Assembly: GCA_965153355.1 (NCBI GenBank)
Contig: OZ231126.1
Location: forward strand, 48,608,001 to 48,672,000
Reading direction: 5' to 3'
DNA: 64,000 nt
From: Flaccisagitta enflata
Lineage: Eukaryota
The position numbers and the translations under genes are program-made. The first letter of the stretch is position 1, and each line of letters begins with the position of its first letter. Shown here piece after piece: positions 13,701-39,324 of this stretch. The notes under the pieces were generated by a model, which saw only the letters and a list, made by a program, of their open reading frames with translations, did not search any database and was not told where the DNA came from.

Positions 13701-16700
13701 GGTGGGTTGGGTGGTTGGTGGGGGATTTTGTATTGGTGGTGATTTTGATGCACGGTGTTGGTGTTTTGGGTGGGTTGGGTGGTTGGTGGGATTTTGTATT
13801 GGTCGTTGGTGATTTTGATGCACGGTGTTGGTGTTTTGGGTGGGTTGGGTGGTTGGTGGGATTTTGTATTGGTCGTTGGTGATTTTGATGCACGGTGGTG
13901 GTGTTTTGGGTGGGTTGGGTGGTGGGTGGGATTTTGTATTGGTCGTTGGTGATTTTGATGCAAGGTGTTGGTGTTTTGGGTGGGTTGGGTGGTTGGTGGG
14001 ATTTTGTATTGGTCGTTGGTGATTTTGATGCACGGTGTTGGTGTTTTGGGTGGGTTGGGTGGTTGGTGGGATTTTGTATTGGTCGTTGGTGATTTTGATG
14101 CACGGTGTTGGTGTTTTGGGTGGGTTGGGTGGTTGGTGGGATTTTGTATTGGTCGTTGGTGATTTTGATTCACGGTGTTGGTGTTTTGGGTGGGTTGGGT
14201 GGTTGGTGGGATTTTGTATTGGTCGTTGGTGATTTTGATGCACGGTGTTGGTGTTTTTGGGTGGTTGGGTGGTTGGTGGGATTTTGTATTGGTCGTTGGT
14301 GATTTTGATGCATGCACGGTGTTGGTGTTTTGGGTGGGTTGGGTGGTTGGTGGGATTTTGTATTGGTCGTTGGTGATTTTGATGCACGGTGTTGGTGTTT
14401 TGGGTGGGTTGGGTGGTTGGTGGGATTTTGTATTGGTCGTTGGTGATTTTGATGCACGGTGTTGGTGTTTTGGGTGGGTTGGGTGGTTGGTGGGATTTTG
14501 TATTGGTCGTTGGTGATTTTGATGCACGGTGTTGGTTTTTTGGGTGGGTTGGGTGGTTGTTGGGATTTGTATTGATTAGATTCAGTGATTTTGATGCCGC
14601 ACAGTGTTGGTGTTTTGGGTGGGTTGGGTGGTTGGTGGGGATACTATTGATGGGTGGTGATTTTGATGCACGGTGTTGGTGTTTTGGGTGGGTTGGGTGG
14701 TTGGTGGGATTTTGTATTGGTCGTTGGTGATTTTGATGCACGGTGTTGGTGTTTTGGGTGGGTTGGGTGGTTGGGGGGATTTTATATTGGTCGTTGGTGA
14801 TTTTGATGCACGGTGTTGGTGTTTTGGGTGGGTTGGGTGGTTGGTGGGATTTTGTATTGGTCGTTGGTGATTTTGATGCACGGTGTTGGTGTTTTGGGTG
14901 GGTTGGGTGGTTGGTGGGATTTTGTATTGGTCGTTGGTGATTTTGATGCACGGTGTTGGTGTTTTGGGTGGGTTGGGTGGTTGGTGGGTTTTTGTATTGG
15001 TCGTTGGTGATTTTGATGCACGGTGTTGGTGTTTTGGGTGGGTTGGGTGGTTGTTGGGATTTTGTATTGGTCGTTGGTGATTTTGATGCACGGTGTGTGG
15101 TGGTTATGGTGTTTGGGTGGGTTGGGTGGTTGGTGGGATTTGTATTGGTGGGTGGTGATTTTGATGCACGGTGTTGGTGTTTTGGGTGGCTTGGGTGGTT
15201 GGTGGGATTTTGTATTGGTCGTTGGTGATTTTGATGCACGGTGTTGGTGTTTTGGGTGGGTCGGGTGGTTGGTGGGATTTTGTATTGGTCGTTGGTGATT
15301 TTGATGCACGGTGTTGGTGTTTTGGGTGGGTTGGGTGGTTGGTGGGATTTTGTATTGGTCTTTGGTGATTTTGATGCACGGTGTTGGTGTTTTGGGTGGG
15401 TTGGGTGGTTGGTGGGATTTTGTATTGGTCGTTGGTGATTTTGATGCCCGGTGTTGGTGGTTTAGGTGGGTTGGGTGGTTGGTGGGATTTTATGTTAGAT
15501 TAGATTTGGTGATTTTGATCTTTGGTGTTGGTGTTTTAGGTGGGTTAGGTGGTTGGTGGGATTTTGTATTGGTCGTTGGTGATTTTGATGCACGGTGTTG
15601 GTGTTTTGGGTGGGTTGGGTGGTTGGTGGGATTTCTTATTGGTCGTTGGTGATTTTGATGCACGGTGTTGGTGTTTTGGGTGGGTTGGGTGGTTGGTGGG
15701 ATTTTTTATTGGTCGTTGGTGATTTTGATGCACGGTGTTGGTGTTTTGGGTGGGTTGGGTGGTTGTTGGGATTTTGTATTGGTCGTTGGTGATTTTGATG
15801 CACGGTGTTGGTGTTTTGGGTGGGTTGGGTGGTTGGTGGGTTTTTGTTGGTGGGTTGGTGATTTTGATGCACGGTGTTGGTGTTTTGGGTGGGGTTGGGT
15901 GGTTGGTAGGATTTTGTATTGGTCGTTGGTGATTTTGATGCCGTGGCTGGTGTTTTGGGTGGGTTGGGTGGTTGGTGGGATTTTTGATTGGTCGTTGGTG
16001 ATTTTGATGCACGGTGTTGGTGTTTTGGGTGGGTTGGGTGGTTGGTGGGATTTTGTACTGGATCGTTGTTGATTTTGATGCAGTGTTGGTGTTTTGGGTG
16101 GGTTGGGTGGTTGGTGGGATTTTGTGTTTAGTGATTGGTGATTTTGATACACGGTGTTGGTGTTTTTTGGGTGGGTTGGGTGGTTGGTGGGATTTTGTAT
16201 TGGTCGTTGATTTTGATGACACAGTGTTGGTGTTTCAGGTGGAGTTGGGTGGTTGGTGAGGATTTTGTGCTGCATGTTAGTGGGTTTGGTGATTTTGATG
16301 CACGGTGTTGGTGTTTAAGGTGGGTTGGTTGGTTGGTGGGATTTTGTATTGGTCGTTGGTGATTTTGATGGCTGGTGTTGGTGTTTTGGGTGGGTTGGGT
16401 GGTTGGTGGGATTTTGTATTGGTCGTTGGTGATTTTGATGCACGGTGTTGGTGTTTTGGGTGGGTTGGGTGGTTGGTGGAATTTTTGTATTGGTCGTTGT
16501 GGTGATTTTGATGCACGGTGTTGGTGTTTTGGGTGGGTGGGTGGTTTGGTGGGATTTTATGTTGGTCGTTGGTGATTTTGATGCAGGGTGTTGTGGTTTT
16601 GGGTGGGTTGGGTGGTTGGTGGGATTTTGTATTGGTCGTTGGTGATTTTGATGCAGGGTGTTGGTGTTTTAGGTGGGTTGGGTGGTTGGTGGGATTTTTT

Positions 16701-19691
16701 ATTGGTCGTTGGTGATTTTGATGCAGGGTGTTGGTGCTTTAGGTGGGTTGGGTGGTTGGTGGGATTTTGTATTGGTCGTTGGTGATTTGATGCCAGGTGT
16801 TGGTGTTTTGGGTGGGTTGGGTGGTTGGTGGGATTTTGTATTGGTCGTTGGTGATTTTGATGCAGGGTGTTTGGTGTTTGGGTGGGTTGGGTGGTTGGTG
16901 GGTTTTTGTATTGGTCGTTGGTGATTTTGATGCAAGGTGTTGGTGTTTTGGGTGGGTTGGGTGGTTGGTGGGATTTTGTATTGGTCGTTGGTGATTTTGA
17001 TGCAGGGTGTTGGTGTTTTGGGTGGGTTGGGTGGTTGGTGGGATTTTGTATTGAGATCGGAAGAGCACACGTCTGATGCAGGGTGTTGTTGTTTTGGGTG
17101 GGTTGGGTGGTTGGTGGGATTTTGTATTGGTCGTTGGTGATTTTGATGCAAGATATTTGGTGTTTTGGGTGGGTTGGGTAGTTGGTGGTTGCCTTATTGA
17201 TGGGTGGTGATTTTGATGCAGGGTGTTGGTGTTTAGGTGAGTTGGAGTGGTTGGTGGGGATTTTGTATTGGTTGTTGGTGATTTTGATGCAGGGTGTTGG
17301 TGTTTTGGGTGGGTTACAGGTGGTTGGTGGGGTTTGTACGTTCTGGTCGTTGGTGATTTTGATGCAGGGTGTTGGTGTTTGGGGTGGGTTGGGTAGTTTG
17401 ATGGGATTTTGTATTGTTGATTGGTCGTTGGTGATTTTGATGCACGGTGTTGGTGTTTTGGGTGGGTTGGGTGGTTGGTGGGATTTTGTATTGGTCGTTG
17501 GTGATTTTGATGCAGGGGTGTTGGTGTTTTAGGTGGGTTGGGTGGTTGGTAGGGATTTGTATTGGTCGTTGGTGATTTTGATGCACGGTGTTGGTGTTTT
17601 GGGTAGGATTTGGTGGTTGAGCAGGATTTTATATTGGTGGATTTGGTGATTTTGATGCACGGTGTTGGTGTTTGGGTGGGTTGGGTGGTTGGTGGGATTA
17701 CACAGTGTATTGGTCGTTGGTGATTTTGATGCAGGGTGTTGGTGTTTTGGGTGGGTTGGGTGGTTGGCGGGATTTTGTATTGGTCGTTGGTGATTTTGAT
17801 GCAGGGTGTTGGTGTTTTGGGTGGTTGGGTGGTTGGTGGGATTTTGCTGTTGGTCGTTGGCTGAGATTTTGATGCACGGTGTTGGTGTTTGGGTGGGTTG
17901 GGTGGTTGGTGGGATTTTGTATTGGTCGTTGGTGATTTTGATGCACGGTGTTGGTGTTTTGGGTGGGTTGGGTGGTTGGTGGGATTTTTTATTGGTCGTT
18001 GGTGATTTTGATGCACGGTGTTGGTGTTTTGGGTGGGTTGGGTGGTTGGTAGGATTTTTTATTGGTCGTTGGTGATTTTGATGCACGGTGTTGGTGTTTT
18101 GGGTGGGTTGGGTGGTTGGTGAGATTTTATTGATGGGTGATTTTGATGCACGGTGTTGGTGTTTTGGGTGGGTTGGGTGGTTGGTGGGTTTTGTTATTGG
18201 TCGTTGGTGATTTTGATGCAGTGTTGGTGTTTTGGTGGGTTGGGTGGTTGGTGGGATTTTGTATTGGTCGTCGGTGATTTTGATGCACGGTGTTGGTGTT
18301 TTGGGTGGGTTGGGTGGTTGGTGGGATTTTGTATTGATGGTTGATGATTTTGATGCACGGTGTTGGTGTTTTGGGTGGGTTGGGTGGTTGGTGGGATTTT
18401 GTATTGGCATTTGGTGATTTTGATGCACGGTGTTGGTGTTTTGGGTGGGTTGGGTGGTTGGTGGGATTTTGTATTGGTCGTTGGTGATTTTGATGCAGGG
18501 TGTTGGTGTTTTGGGTGGGTTGGGTGGTTGGTGGGATTTTGTATTGGTCGTTGGTGATTTTGATGCACGGTGTTGGTGTTTTGGGTAGGTTGGGTGGTTG
18601 GTGGGATTTTGTATTGTGCGTTGGTAATTTTGATGCACGGTGTTGGTGTTTTGGGTGGGTTGGGTGGTTGGTGGGATTTTGCATTGGTCGTTGGTGATTT
18701 TGATGCACGGTGTTGGTGTTTTGGGTGGGTTGGGTGGTTGGTGAAGTTTTGTATTGGTCGTTGGTGATTTTGATGCACGGTGTTGGTGTTTTGGGTGGGT
18801 TGGGTGGTTGGTGGGGATTTTGTATTGATGAATTTGGTGATTTTGATGCACGGTGTTGGTGTTTTAGGTGGGTTGGGTGGTTGGTGGGATTTTGTATTGA
18901 TCGTTGGTGATTTTGATGCACGGTGTTGGTGGGTGTTTTGGGTGGGTTGGGTGGTTGGTGGGATTTTGTATTGGTGTTGGTGGTTACAGTACCTGCAGTG
19001 TTAGTGTTAGGTAGGTTAGGTGGTTGGTGAAGTTTTGTGTAGTGGTTGTTGATTTGGTACAGTGTTGGTGTTTGGGTAGGTTGGGTGGTTGGTGGGATTT
19101 TGTATTAGTCGTTGGTGATTTTTGATGCAGTGTTGGTGTTTGGGTAGGTTGGGTGGTTGGTGGGATTTTGTATTGATGGTTGGTGATTTTGATGCACGGT
19201 GTTGGTGTTTTGGGTAGGTTGGGTGGTTGGTGGGATTTTGTATTGGTCGTTGGTGATTTTGATGCACGGTGTTGGTGTTTTGGGTGGGTTGGGTGGTTGG
19301 TGGGATTTTGTATTGGTCGTTGGTGATTTTGATGCACGGTGTTGGTGTTTTGGGTGGGTTGGGTGGTTGGTGGGATTTTGTATTGGTCGTTGGTGATTTT
19401 GATGCACGGTGTTGGTGTTTTTGGTGGGTTGGGTGGTTGGTGGGATTTTGTATTGGTCGTTGGTGATTTTGATGCACGGTGTTGGTGTTTTTGGTTGGTT
19501 GGGTGGTTGGTGGGATTTTGTATTGGTCGTTGGTGATTTTGATGCACGGTGTTGGTGTTTTGGGTGGGTTGGGTGGTTGGTGGGATTTTGTATTGGTCGT
19601 TGGTGATTTTGATGCACGGTGTTGGTGTTTTGGGTGGGTTGGGTGGTTGGTGGGATTTTGTATTGGTCGTTGGTGATTTTGATGCACGGTG
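10712..19691 (+). repeat. 70-bp G/T-rich satellite, about 128 copies
   Basis: Unit GATTTTGATGCACGGTGTTGGTGTTTTGGGTGGGTTGGGTGGTTGGTGGGATTTTGTATTGGTCGTTGGT; copy number estimated as length/70. Confidence 0.97.
17054..17076 (+). other. Illumina TruSeq adapter contamination
   Basis: AGATCGGAAGAGCACACGTCTGA replaces part of a satellite unit. Confidence 0.95.
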
Positions 19692-19957
19692 GGTCAGTTG
19701 GTCCGTCCATCCATAAGTCTGTCAGTCCGTGATGATCAAAGAGTCAAAAAGTGCGAAAACGCGCGTTTTTGATGCTGCAGTTATTATTGCTTGTGTTTGT
19801 GAGTGGGCATGTGGCGGGGAAGGGTTTTGATGGGCCTTGGATGCCCCTTCCCAACCGTCTGCAACGATATTGTGACTCCGCGTTACTTGTTACATAAACT
19901 CTCTTAAGGTTAGTTTGTTTCATGTGCTTCTGTTCTTATCAATCCTCTTTTGTTTAG

Positions 19958-32402
<12,445 letters not shown>

Positions 32403-33796
32403 GTCTTCAGTCTTGACGCTCTTGTGAGGCTTTTAACCAGAGACCAAAGTGGAAACGATTCTCTTTGAAGGCGACTATAATTATTCAATGATACCTTTTT
32501 TGGGTGCCTCAACTGAGACAGTCTGATCAATGGATGCGCGAATGAACGACTGACTGATTGACGTTCAAAGGAACGGATGGACACTAACCCATGAGGACGC
32601 ACTTTGGAAATGACAATAACGACACTTTAAAGGTTGAATAGCCTAAAAGTTTAAGAAAGGCCGCAAAATCTTTTTTTTTCTTTCCAAAAACACAATTTCA
32701 TCCCCGCACGCGTACCAAGTCGTTGGTGTTTCTTCGTGATACTAGTCATAGCTTATCAATTATTCAACCATTTACATCCTGTCATGGTATTCTTAAGCAC
32801 CCACGATCTCATTATTTATTCCATTGTTGAAATTTTTTACGTTGTTACACTTGATGCATTTAATTTATTCTCATCGATGTCGAGCCTTTAGTCTTAGTGA
32901 GTAGAGTGCGACTTAATGTTTCTTGTTTATGAGTTTTTACAGTGATAATCACCTTATTTATTACCAGTGATTTTTTGTTCTAAATCGTTCTGAAGGTGTT
33001 TTTTTTTCTTAGATTGTAGGACCCCCCATCCAAACATGAAACTGGCAGGATATTACCACGCGAATAAAAAAAGCCGCAACATTTTGTAGATTGATGAAAA
33101 GCGCAAATGAATTTATCCAAACATTTTTCTGTTCAAGTGACTTAAAAGATTTTTGAATTTTCTTTCATTCTTGACCAATCCCAGGTCTGTAACTCCAACC
33201 GCTAAGGAGTTAGAGCTTATCAAAGTGAACTTCTATTTTCAAAAGGATTGCAAATTGCAAATGACAATGTGTATACTCTTCCTTATGCCATTTCTAAATA
33301 AATGAAATTAGTAATGCCAAATTGGAGCCAAATGAAAGTTCTTTCAAAGAGTTTTCTTACAGTCGAAGATTTTTAATAATTATTTTGAAATTCAGTTTGA
33401 CAATTAGTCATTAAAAAGGGCGTTTTTTTGTTTTGTTTTTTTTTGTTCGGAAACATCATTTCCAAGCACTTTTCTCATTGCTTTTGCATGTTAAGGTTGA
33501 GGAGGAATTGCCTCATTGTTATCTCACCGATGCATTTTCTTATGGAGAAATGAGTTATGAAGGGGGGTAAGCTAAAAAAAATGTGGCATATCATGAGAAA
33601 ATACCGACTCGTGACCAATTTCCATGATTCGTAATTCGGATATGCTTAATGGGTTAAAGTACCATCCAAAAAGGCAGTGTTCTTATGGTTTTTTTAATTT
33701 TTAAGTCGCGCGCACGCGACTCTACAACCCACTTTGTCCTTCCGTTGGTCGGTCAGTTGGTCGATCGGTAACGTTATACTTTTTTTTATGATTTTA

Positions 33797-34405
33797 CTAT
33801 CTTCGCCAAAAGAAACGCGACACCCTGGCAAAGATATGGTTTATTGACCATAATTTGACACAATTCAGTAACTGAGAGAGTTTGAAGGTCAAATAAGTTT
33901 TTCTTGTAAAAAATACACATGACTGTGGATCTAAAATGCTATCTATATCGCATTTCTTCATCAACAGGGGTGATAACCTCTTCTCATTTATCCACAGTTT
34001 TTGCAAGCCAATGATTTTTGATTGAGGTTTACTCTTTTGCTTGCCATTTTTAAACGGCTTGAACTACAGAATCCAGATTGAGCCCACCTTTGAGATTTTT
34101 TGATGTAGATTAATTTGCTTTTTTGGAAAAAGTATCTAGCTTCTCCAGAAGCTAAGATAACAAAAGTTAAAGTTATATCAATTTTAATCTTTTTTTGTTC
34201 TCACAATCTTTTATCAATTCTGAATATGACTATTTGCCTTCTTCTGCTTGCCATTTCTAAACGCTTTGAGATACAGTTACCAGATTGGACTCATTTTGTA
34301 GATCTTTTGAAGAAGATTAATTTCTTTTTTTTAAAAAGTATCTAGCTTTTCTAGAAGCTAAGATATTGTAGATAGAAGGTGTCGCGTTTCTTTTGGCGAA
34401 GATAG
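33797..34405. mobile_element. MITE with a 28-bp perfect TIR and TA TSD, nested in a family B element
   Basis: CTATCTTCGCCAAAAGAAACGCGACACC ... GGTGTCGCGTTTCTTTTGGCGAAGATAG. Confidence 0.85.
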
Positions 34406-35406
34406 TATTCTCTGACCTCAATGCTCCTGCCCAAATGGTCTAGTGACCTCAAATATAGCCCCTGCCCACCCGCACGCGACTTCGGTAGCCATGTATCCGA
34501 TTTTGGTCTTAATGGATTGATAGAAAGCCTTGGAAATATTCTAGTTTGAAGGATATTTGATAGTAGAGTGTAAAAATTGAGAAATGGGGGATGGGAGCCC
34601 TAGTAACCTTCTCACGCGACTAGAGTAGCCGTGTATCTGGCCTTGTTTTTAGTGAGGAGAATATTTTCTTAGCTAAAAAAAATGGGTCATATGGATTTCA
34701 ACGGGATCAGAATGATTTTATGTAGTAATGGGTAGACCAGAAAAGACATACTGGGAAAACTTGGCATAATAGCAACCAACAAACTGATCGATAAAAGAGA
34801 AAAAACCTAGCGGGTAAGTACATATGTCTGTCTAGTGTCTATCTGCAGCACTTTGTTTCTAAAGCTATTTTGGTATTTCCGAGCAGGTTTTAGCAAAACT
34901 GCCCTTAGTAGTGGTGCCAGCGATCTGCCAATGAGTGTGCAAAATTTCAACATTTTATTTAAGCAACAAAGCTTTGGGCATGTATGCCAGCCGTTTCTAT
35001 GACTATCATGACAGTGATATGTATAGAGATGACATAATATAATAAAATTGCCATGTTCAGTTTTGTAATTTGATCAAAAAAATAACATTTCAGTAAAATA
35101 GTAGTTCACTTAGACAAGGTCTCACTCATAAACCATTTGAGGTACAGGCCTGGGATTGGTCTAGAATTAAAAAAAATTCTGAAATCTCGTGAAAAAACAG
35201 TGAACACAATTTATTCACTCTACTTTTCAGTTGCGGACACGCAACTCTATGAGGCTTTGTCCATCCGTTGGTCCGTCATGGTGATCAAGTGGGAAAGTAT
35301 GAAAACGCGCATTTCCGCCCCTGCCCACCAGTCTGCAACTGGTAATGGCCGTGGATCCGGCCTTGTTTATTAATCAATAAAGTGGTACAGATTCTTTATT
35401 CCCGTC

Positions 35407-36951
35407 CACTGTGCTTTTAAAACAATTCTGAGTGAAAAGTCACATAACTGTGGGTTTTTCTACATTTTTGAGCAGTATTGGGGTGTAAGAGCATGTAACT
35501 AGCAAAAACAAAATCATTCCCTGAGCGCTTTTTGAGTAACCTTCAAAAAAAAAAAAGACCTAATTTCAATGCAGATTCTTCTGGGATGTGTTGACTAAAT
35601 TTCTGATTCTATATTGTTAATCTATGCAAAAATCCCTTTCATTTGATAGGGTAGAGTGGGGTAAAATGGGTCAGCGGGGTAAAATGGGTCACTTAACTTT
35701 TTTTTAAATTTTGCTTAAATCTGTTGAAATGAAGCAAATTTTGCTTCAGATCTAGGGAAAAGGATGCCATATCCTCCTCCAAAACAGATCATCCCCCCTT
35801 GTTTGTAATATTTGGATGCATTATAAAATGAAATAGTAATTTGATAAAAATTGTGCGTCGCTAGGCATAAAACCAACTTCTGGTTTCCATGGAGACCAAA
35901 TAGAGAAGGAAAGCAGTTACCCACTGCCTACCTACTGTAGATGGATGGTTAAACGTGGGCAGTGATAGTTTTGAGTTTTTAAGTATAGTTAGCTAAAAAA
36001 TTAATTTTTAGTAATGTGGGGTAAAATGGGTCACCATGCTAAAATCATGAAATTTTCATCAAAATGCTGAGAGTTGCTTGTTATCCAATCTCATGGGTCA
36101 GAGTAAGTGAGATACAGCTCATTCCTGCGTGGAACATCTTGTTCCATTGTTGCAAAATGATTTTATAATATAAATATAATAATTTGATGCTAAACCATTA
36201 TTTTCAAAAAACCTATTACATAACCTTACATTTTTTGCCTTTAAATACTTTTTTTTGTTCAATTGACATGTTCGGTCACTCTTTCTTCACTAATACGTTG
36301 TAACTCTTCACTTGGAATAAAGTAGTGGTCCATATTTTTTTGAAAGAAAGTAGGTGACCCATTTTACCCCACCTAAATGGGGTAAAATGGGTCACCTACT
36401 CGTTTTTAAAAAGGAGTGGGTTGCCCCCCTCGCTCATTTCTAGGAGGCAATTTTCTTGTCTGTGGTAGTAGGAAAAACACACATTGTCCGTAATCAATCA
36501 TAAAATTCTTCATTTTGTTAAAAAATTAAGAGATATTAGAAAAATCATCGAAAAAGTGACCCATTTTACCCCACTTCACCCTAGGTCGCACTCTATACTT
36601 TTGCAAAGAATTAAAATTTTCATTTTGTGAATCACCGTTACAAAAAAATAAGGGTGGTTGAAAATATGAAAACCTTATTTCTACATAAAACCATATAGTG
36701 TGACCTATCAAATGAAAGGAAATTTTGTATAGAATAACAATATGGAATCAAAAAATGAGCCAATAGAACTCATTAGAATCTGCATTACAAATAGGCTTAA
36801 TTTTTTTCTATTTTGAAGATTACTCAAAAAGCGCTCGGGGAATGATTTTATTTTTGCTAGTTACATGCTCTTACATCCCAATACTGCTCAAAAATACAGA
36901 AAAACCCACAGTTATAAGACTTTCCACTGAGAATTTTTTAAAAGCACAGTG
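35407..36951. mobile_element. Long-TIR element with CACTGTG termini and 4-bp TSD CGTC (Chapaev/CMC-like), containing a nested MITE
   Basis: CGTC|CACTGTGCTTTTAAAA...TTTTAAAAGCACAGTG|CGTC; mirrored arms of about 240 bp. Confidence 0.75.
35649..36581. mobile_element. pogo-like MITE with TA TSD and repeated GGGGTAAAATGGGTCA motifs
   Basis: TA|GGGTAGAGTGGGGTAAAATGGGTCA...TGACCCATTTTACCCCACTTCACCC|TA; removing it restores the host arm ATTTGATAGGTC. Confidence 0.85.
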
Positions 36952-38724
36952 CGTCGCAATCAACTTAGACATTCAAGACCACCCTTTCTTCATCCTAATG
37001 TCACTTCTAAACAAATAAGTTAGGACAGCCAGCAAGGTCCCATTTTGAAGATCTTTCACAGAGCTTTCCGTGCAAAGGGTCATGGATTTTGCTATGCTTT
37101 CTTAATTGCGTGGATGTAAAGCACTGACAAACATATTTTGTCCCATTTTTTTACCTGGGCTTAAAATTCGAGAGAACCTCAGCCAGTTGAAAGGATTCTC
37201 AGGGGAGCAGGGGGGTAGGGAGAATAAAAAGCGACGCAAACCCACAATATTGTTGCCAACGGGTGGGCAGGAGGGTCCATCCCCCATCCCCACCCCACAC
37301 CCCCAACCCCACTCAAACATACACAAATAGTGTGTAAAATGCTAGTTTTCCATTTTTTTTACTTATTTTCATGGATGGACAGACCACAGACCAATGGACG
37401 ACCAAAGCCACTTTAAGTGTTGCGTGTCCGCAACAAAAGTGGTTTCTGCTTTTTCTTTCTGTATGCCTGCATCTGTCAGCCTTTGTGTCGGTTTACCTGT
37501 CACTGACAGTATGTTTACTGTCAGTCTGGTAAAAGTACAGACTAACAGGTAAACAATCAATAACACCCCTCTCAAAATTAGGCGAACTGGGATCAGAGCA
37601 AGTCTGAAAATGCTTTGTAGATCGCTTATTAAGAGTCTAACCATTAAGGTAACTTTGCAATATGTAATTTCCGGCAGGGTTTCAAAAAATTGTCCAAAGA
37701 ATGTCAACCAATGGCTCCGAATCTCTTCTTTTAATTGATATCATGCAGCTATATTTTTTATGAAAGTTCTGAATTAACCAGTAAAACCAACTTAGTTGTC
37801 AATGGATTCAGCCGCTTCGCGGGGCTGTTCCTTAATCCCAATGCGTCATCGTAGCTTGGTAGTTATCTAACAACTCGGGAATGGCAGTTTCTGCCCCACT
37901 CGTATGGGAAAAAATGAGTAAGTTTGTACAGTCTCCTCTTTAGACGATTTCTTGTCAAAATCGGTCAAAATCTTTTACCACATTTTTGACATAGCACACA
38001 ACTAGGGCCACAAACTAGCGCGAATGGCCTATTTGGCCTCGGTTTGTGAAGATACTATGTTTTAGCTATCTATGTGTCAAATTTCAGCCCTCTCAATGCA
38101 TTTTTACTCTCCATTTTGATCTTTTTCCCAGTTCGTTTAATTTTGAGAGGGGTGTTATGTCTATGTACGATTTTGAGTCTGTGCTTGCATTTTCCTCAGA
38201 CCTAAACTTGAAAGAAATAACGACTGGCAGAAAACACTCGCATGGAGTGGGAAAAAAGCTAAGACTTGACTAAGATAGACTTAGATAGACAGACAGACAG
38301 ATAGACTTAGATAGACAGACAGACACTGCAAAACAGGTCAAAGGAAATCACTTGTCTTTCACTTAAAAGATGAAGACAGTTTTTATGTTTGTTTGTTTGT
38401 TAAGATGGCAGAAAATTGAAAATCAGCTAAAATTGTGCAAAAAATGCTCGTTTAGGGCCAATTATGATCATTCAGGGCCGGTTGCATAAAAAAAAAAAAA
38501 AAACGGTAAAAGTTCCTTCAGGCTATCACCATTGAACTCTAGAGCTTCATGTTAGTCGGTTTACCTAAAAAATTGGTGTAGTTTGCCTATAAATTAGCTC
38601 CAAAGATGAAAAATATGACAAAAATGCTCATTTGGGGGGCCCATATGCTCGATCAGGGCCGGGGCCGGTAAGGGATCCCGCCAGATTTCGCTATTTTTGA
38701 CCTCGGAAACAGATTCTATGGGTC

Positions 38725-39324
38725 AATAGCAGTCCAAAGGCAGTAAGTGGTCAGCGGTACCCATGCCCTGCTTGAGTAGTGTTTGATTTAAGTTGAGGGG
38801 GAGCAGGGCAGCGGCCCCGAAGGGGACGAAAACCTGTAGAACACAAGGGGGAATCTGTCCATCCGTCCATCCGTTCGTCCCCCTCCACCCCATCCTCAGG
38901 GCTTCGTCTCCTTTGGAGCCTATTCTGACCCAAATAATGCCAAATAGCCCAAATCCAAGCAATACGGCCAAAATCTAAGCAAAATGGCCCAAATCCAAGC
39001 ATAGTGGCCCAAATCCAAGAAAAATGGTCCAAATCTGGTCAGAATCTAGGTATCGGAGGACACTATATAGATCTAAGGGGCCAAAATGATGTACTCTCGG
39101 CCAGATTTGGGCCATTATACTTGGATTTGGGCCATTTTGTTTAGATTTTGGCCATACTGCTTGGATTTGGGCTATTTGGCATTATTTGGGACAGAATAGG
39201 CCCCAAAGGAGAGGAAGCCCTGAGGTTGGGGCGGGGGGGACGGACGGATGGACGTACGTACGGACGGACAGATTCCCCCTGTGCTCTACAGGACTTCGTC
39301 CCCTTCGGGGCCGCTGCCCGAAAA
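38725..39324 (-). mobile_element. Family A HINE-like element with inverted internal arms
   Basis: IR at 38806 and 39319; GGCCCAAATCCAAG repeats mirrored by CTTGGATTTGGGCC. Confidence 0.7.

Noticed and set aside
10769-19710. Many long ORFs (up to 696 aa, H/Q/P/T-rich or W/G/V-rich)
   Set aside because: Translations of a 70-bp satellite; all frames give the same periodic peptide.
35407-35445. RAG recombination signal or ProtoRAG end
   Set aside because: Heptamer only; no nonamer, 4-bp TSD and no RAG-like ORF.
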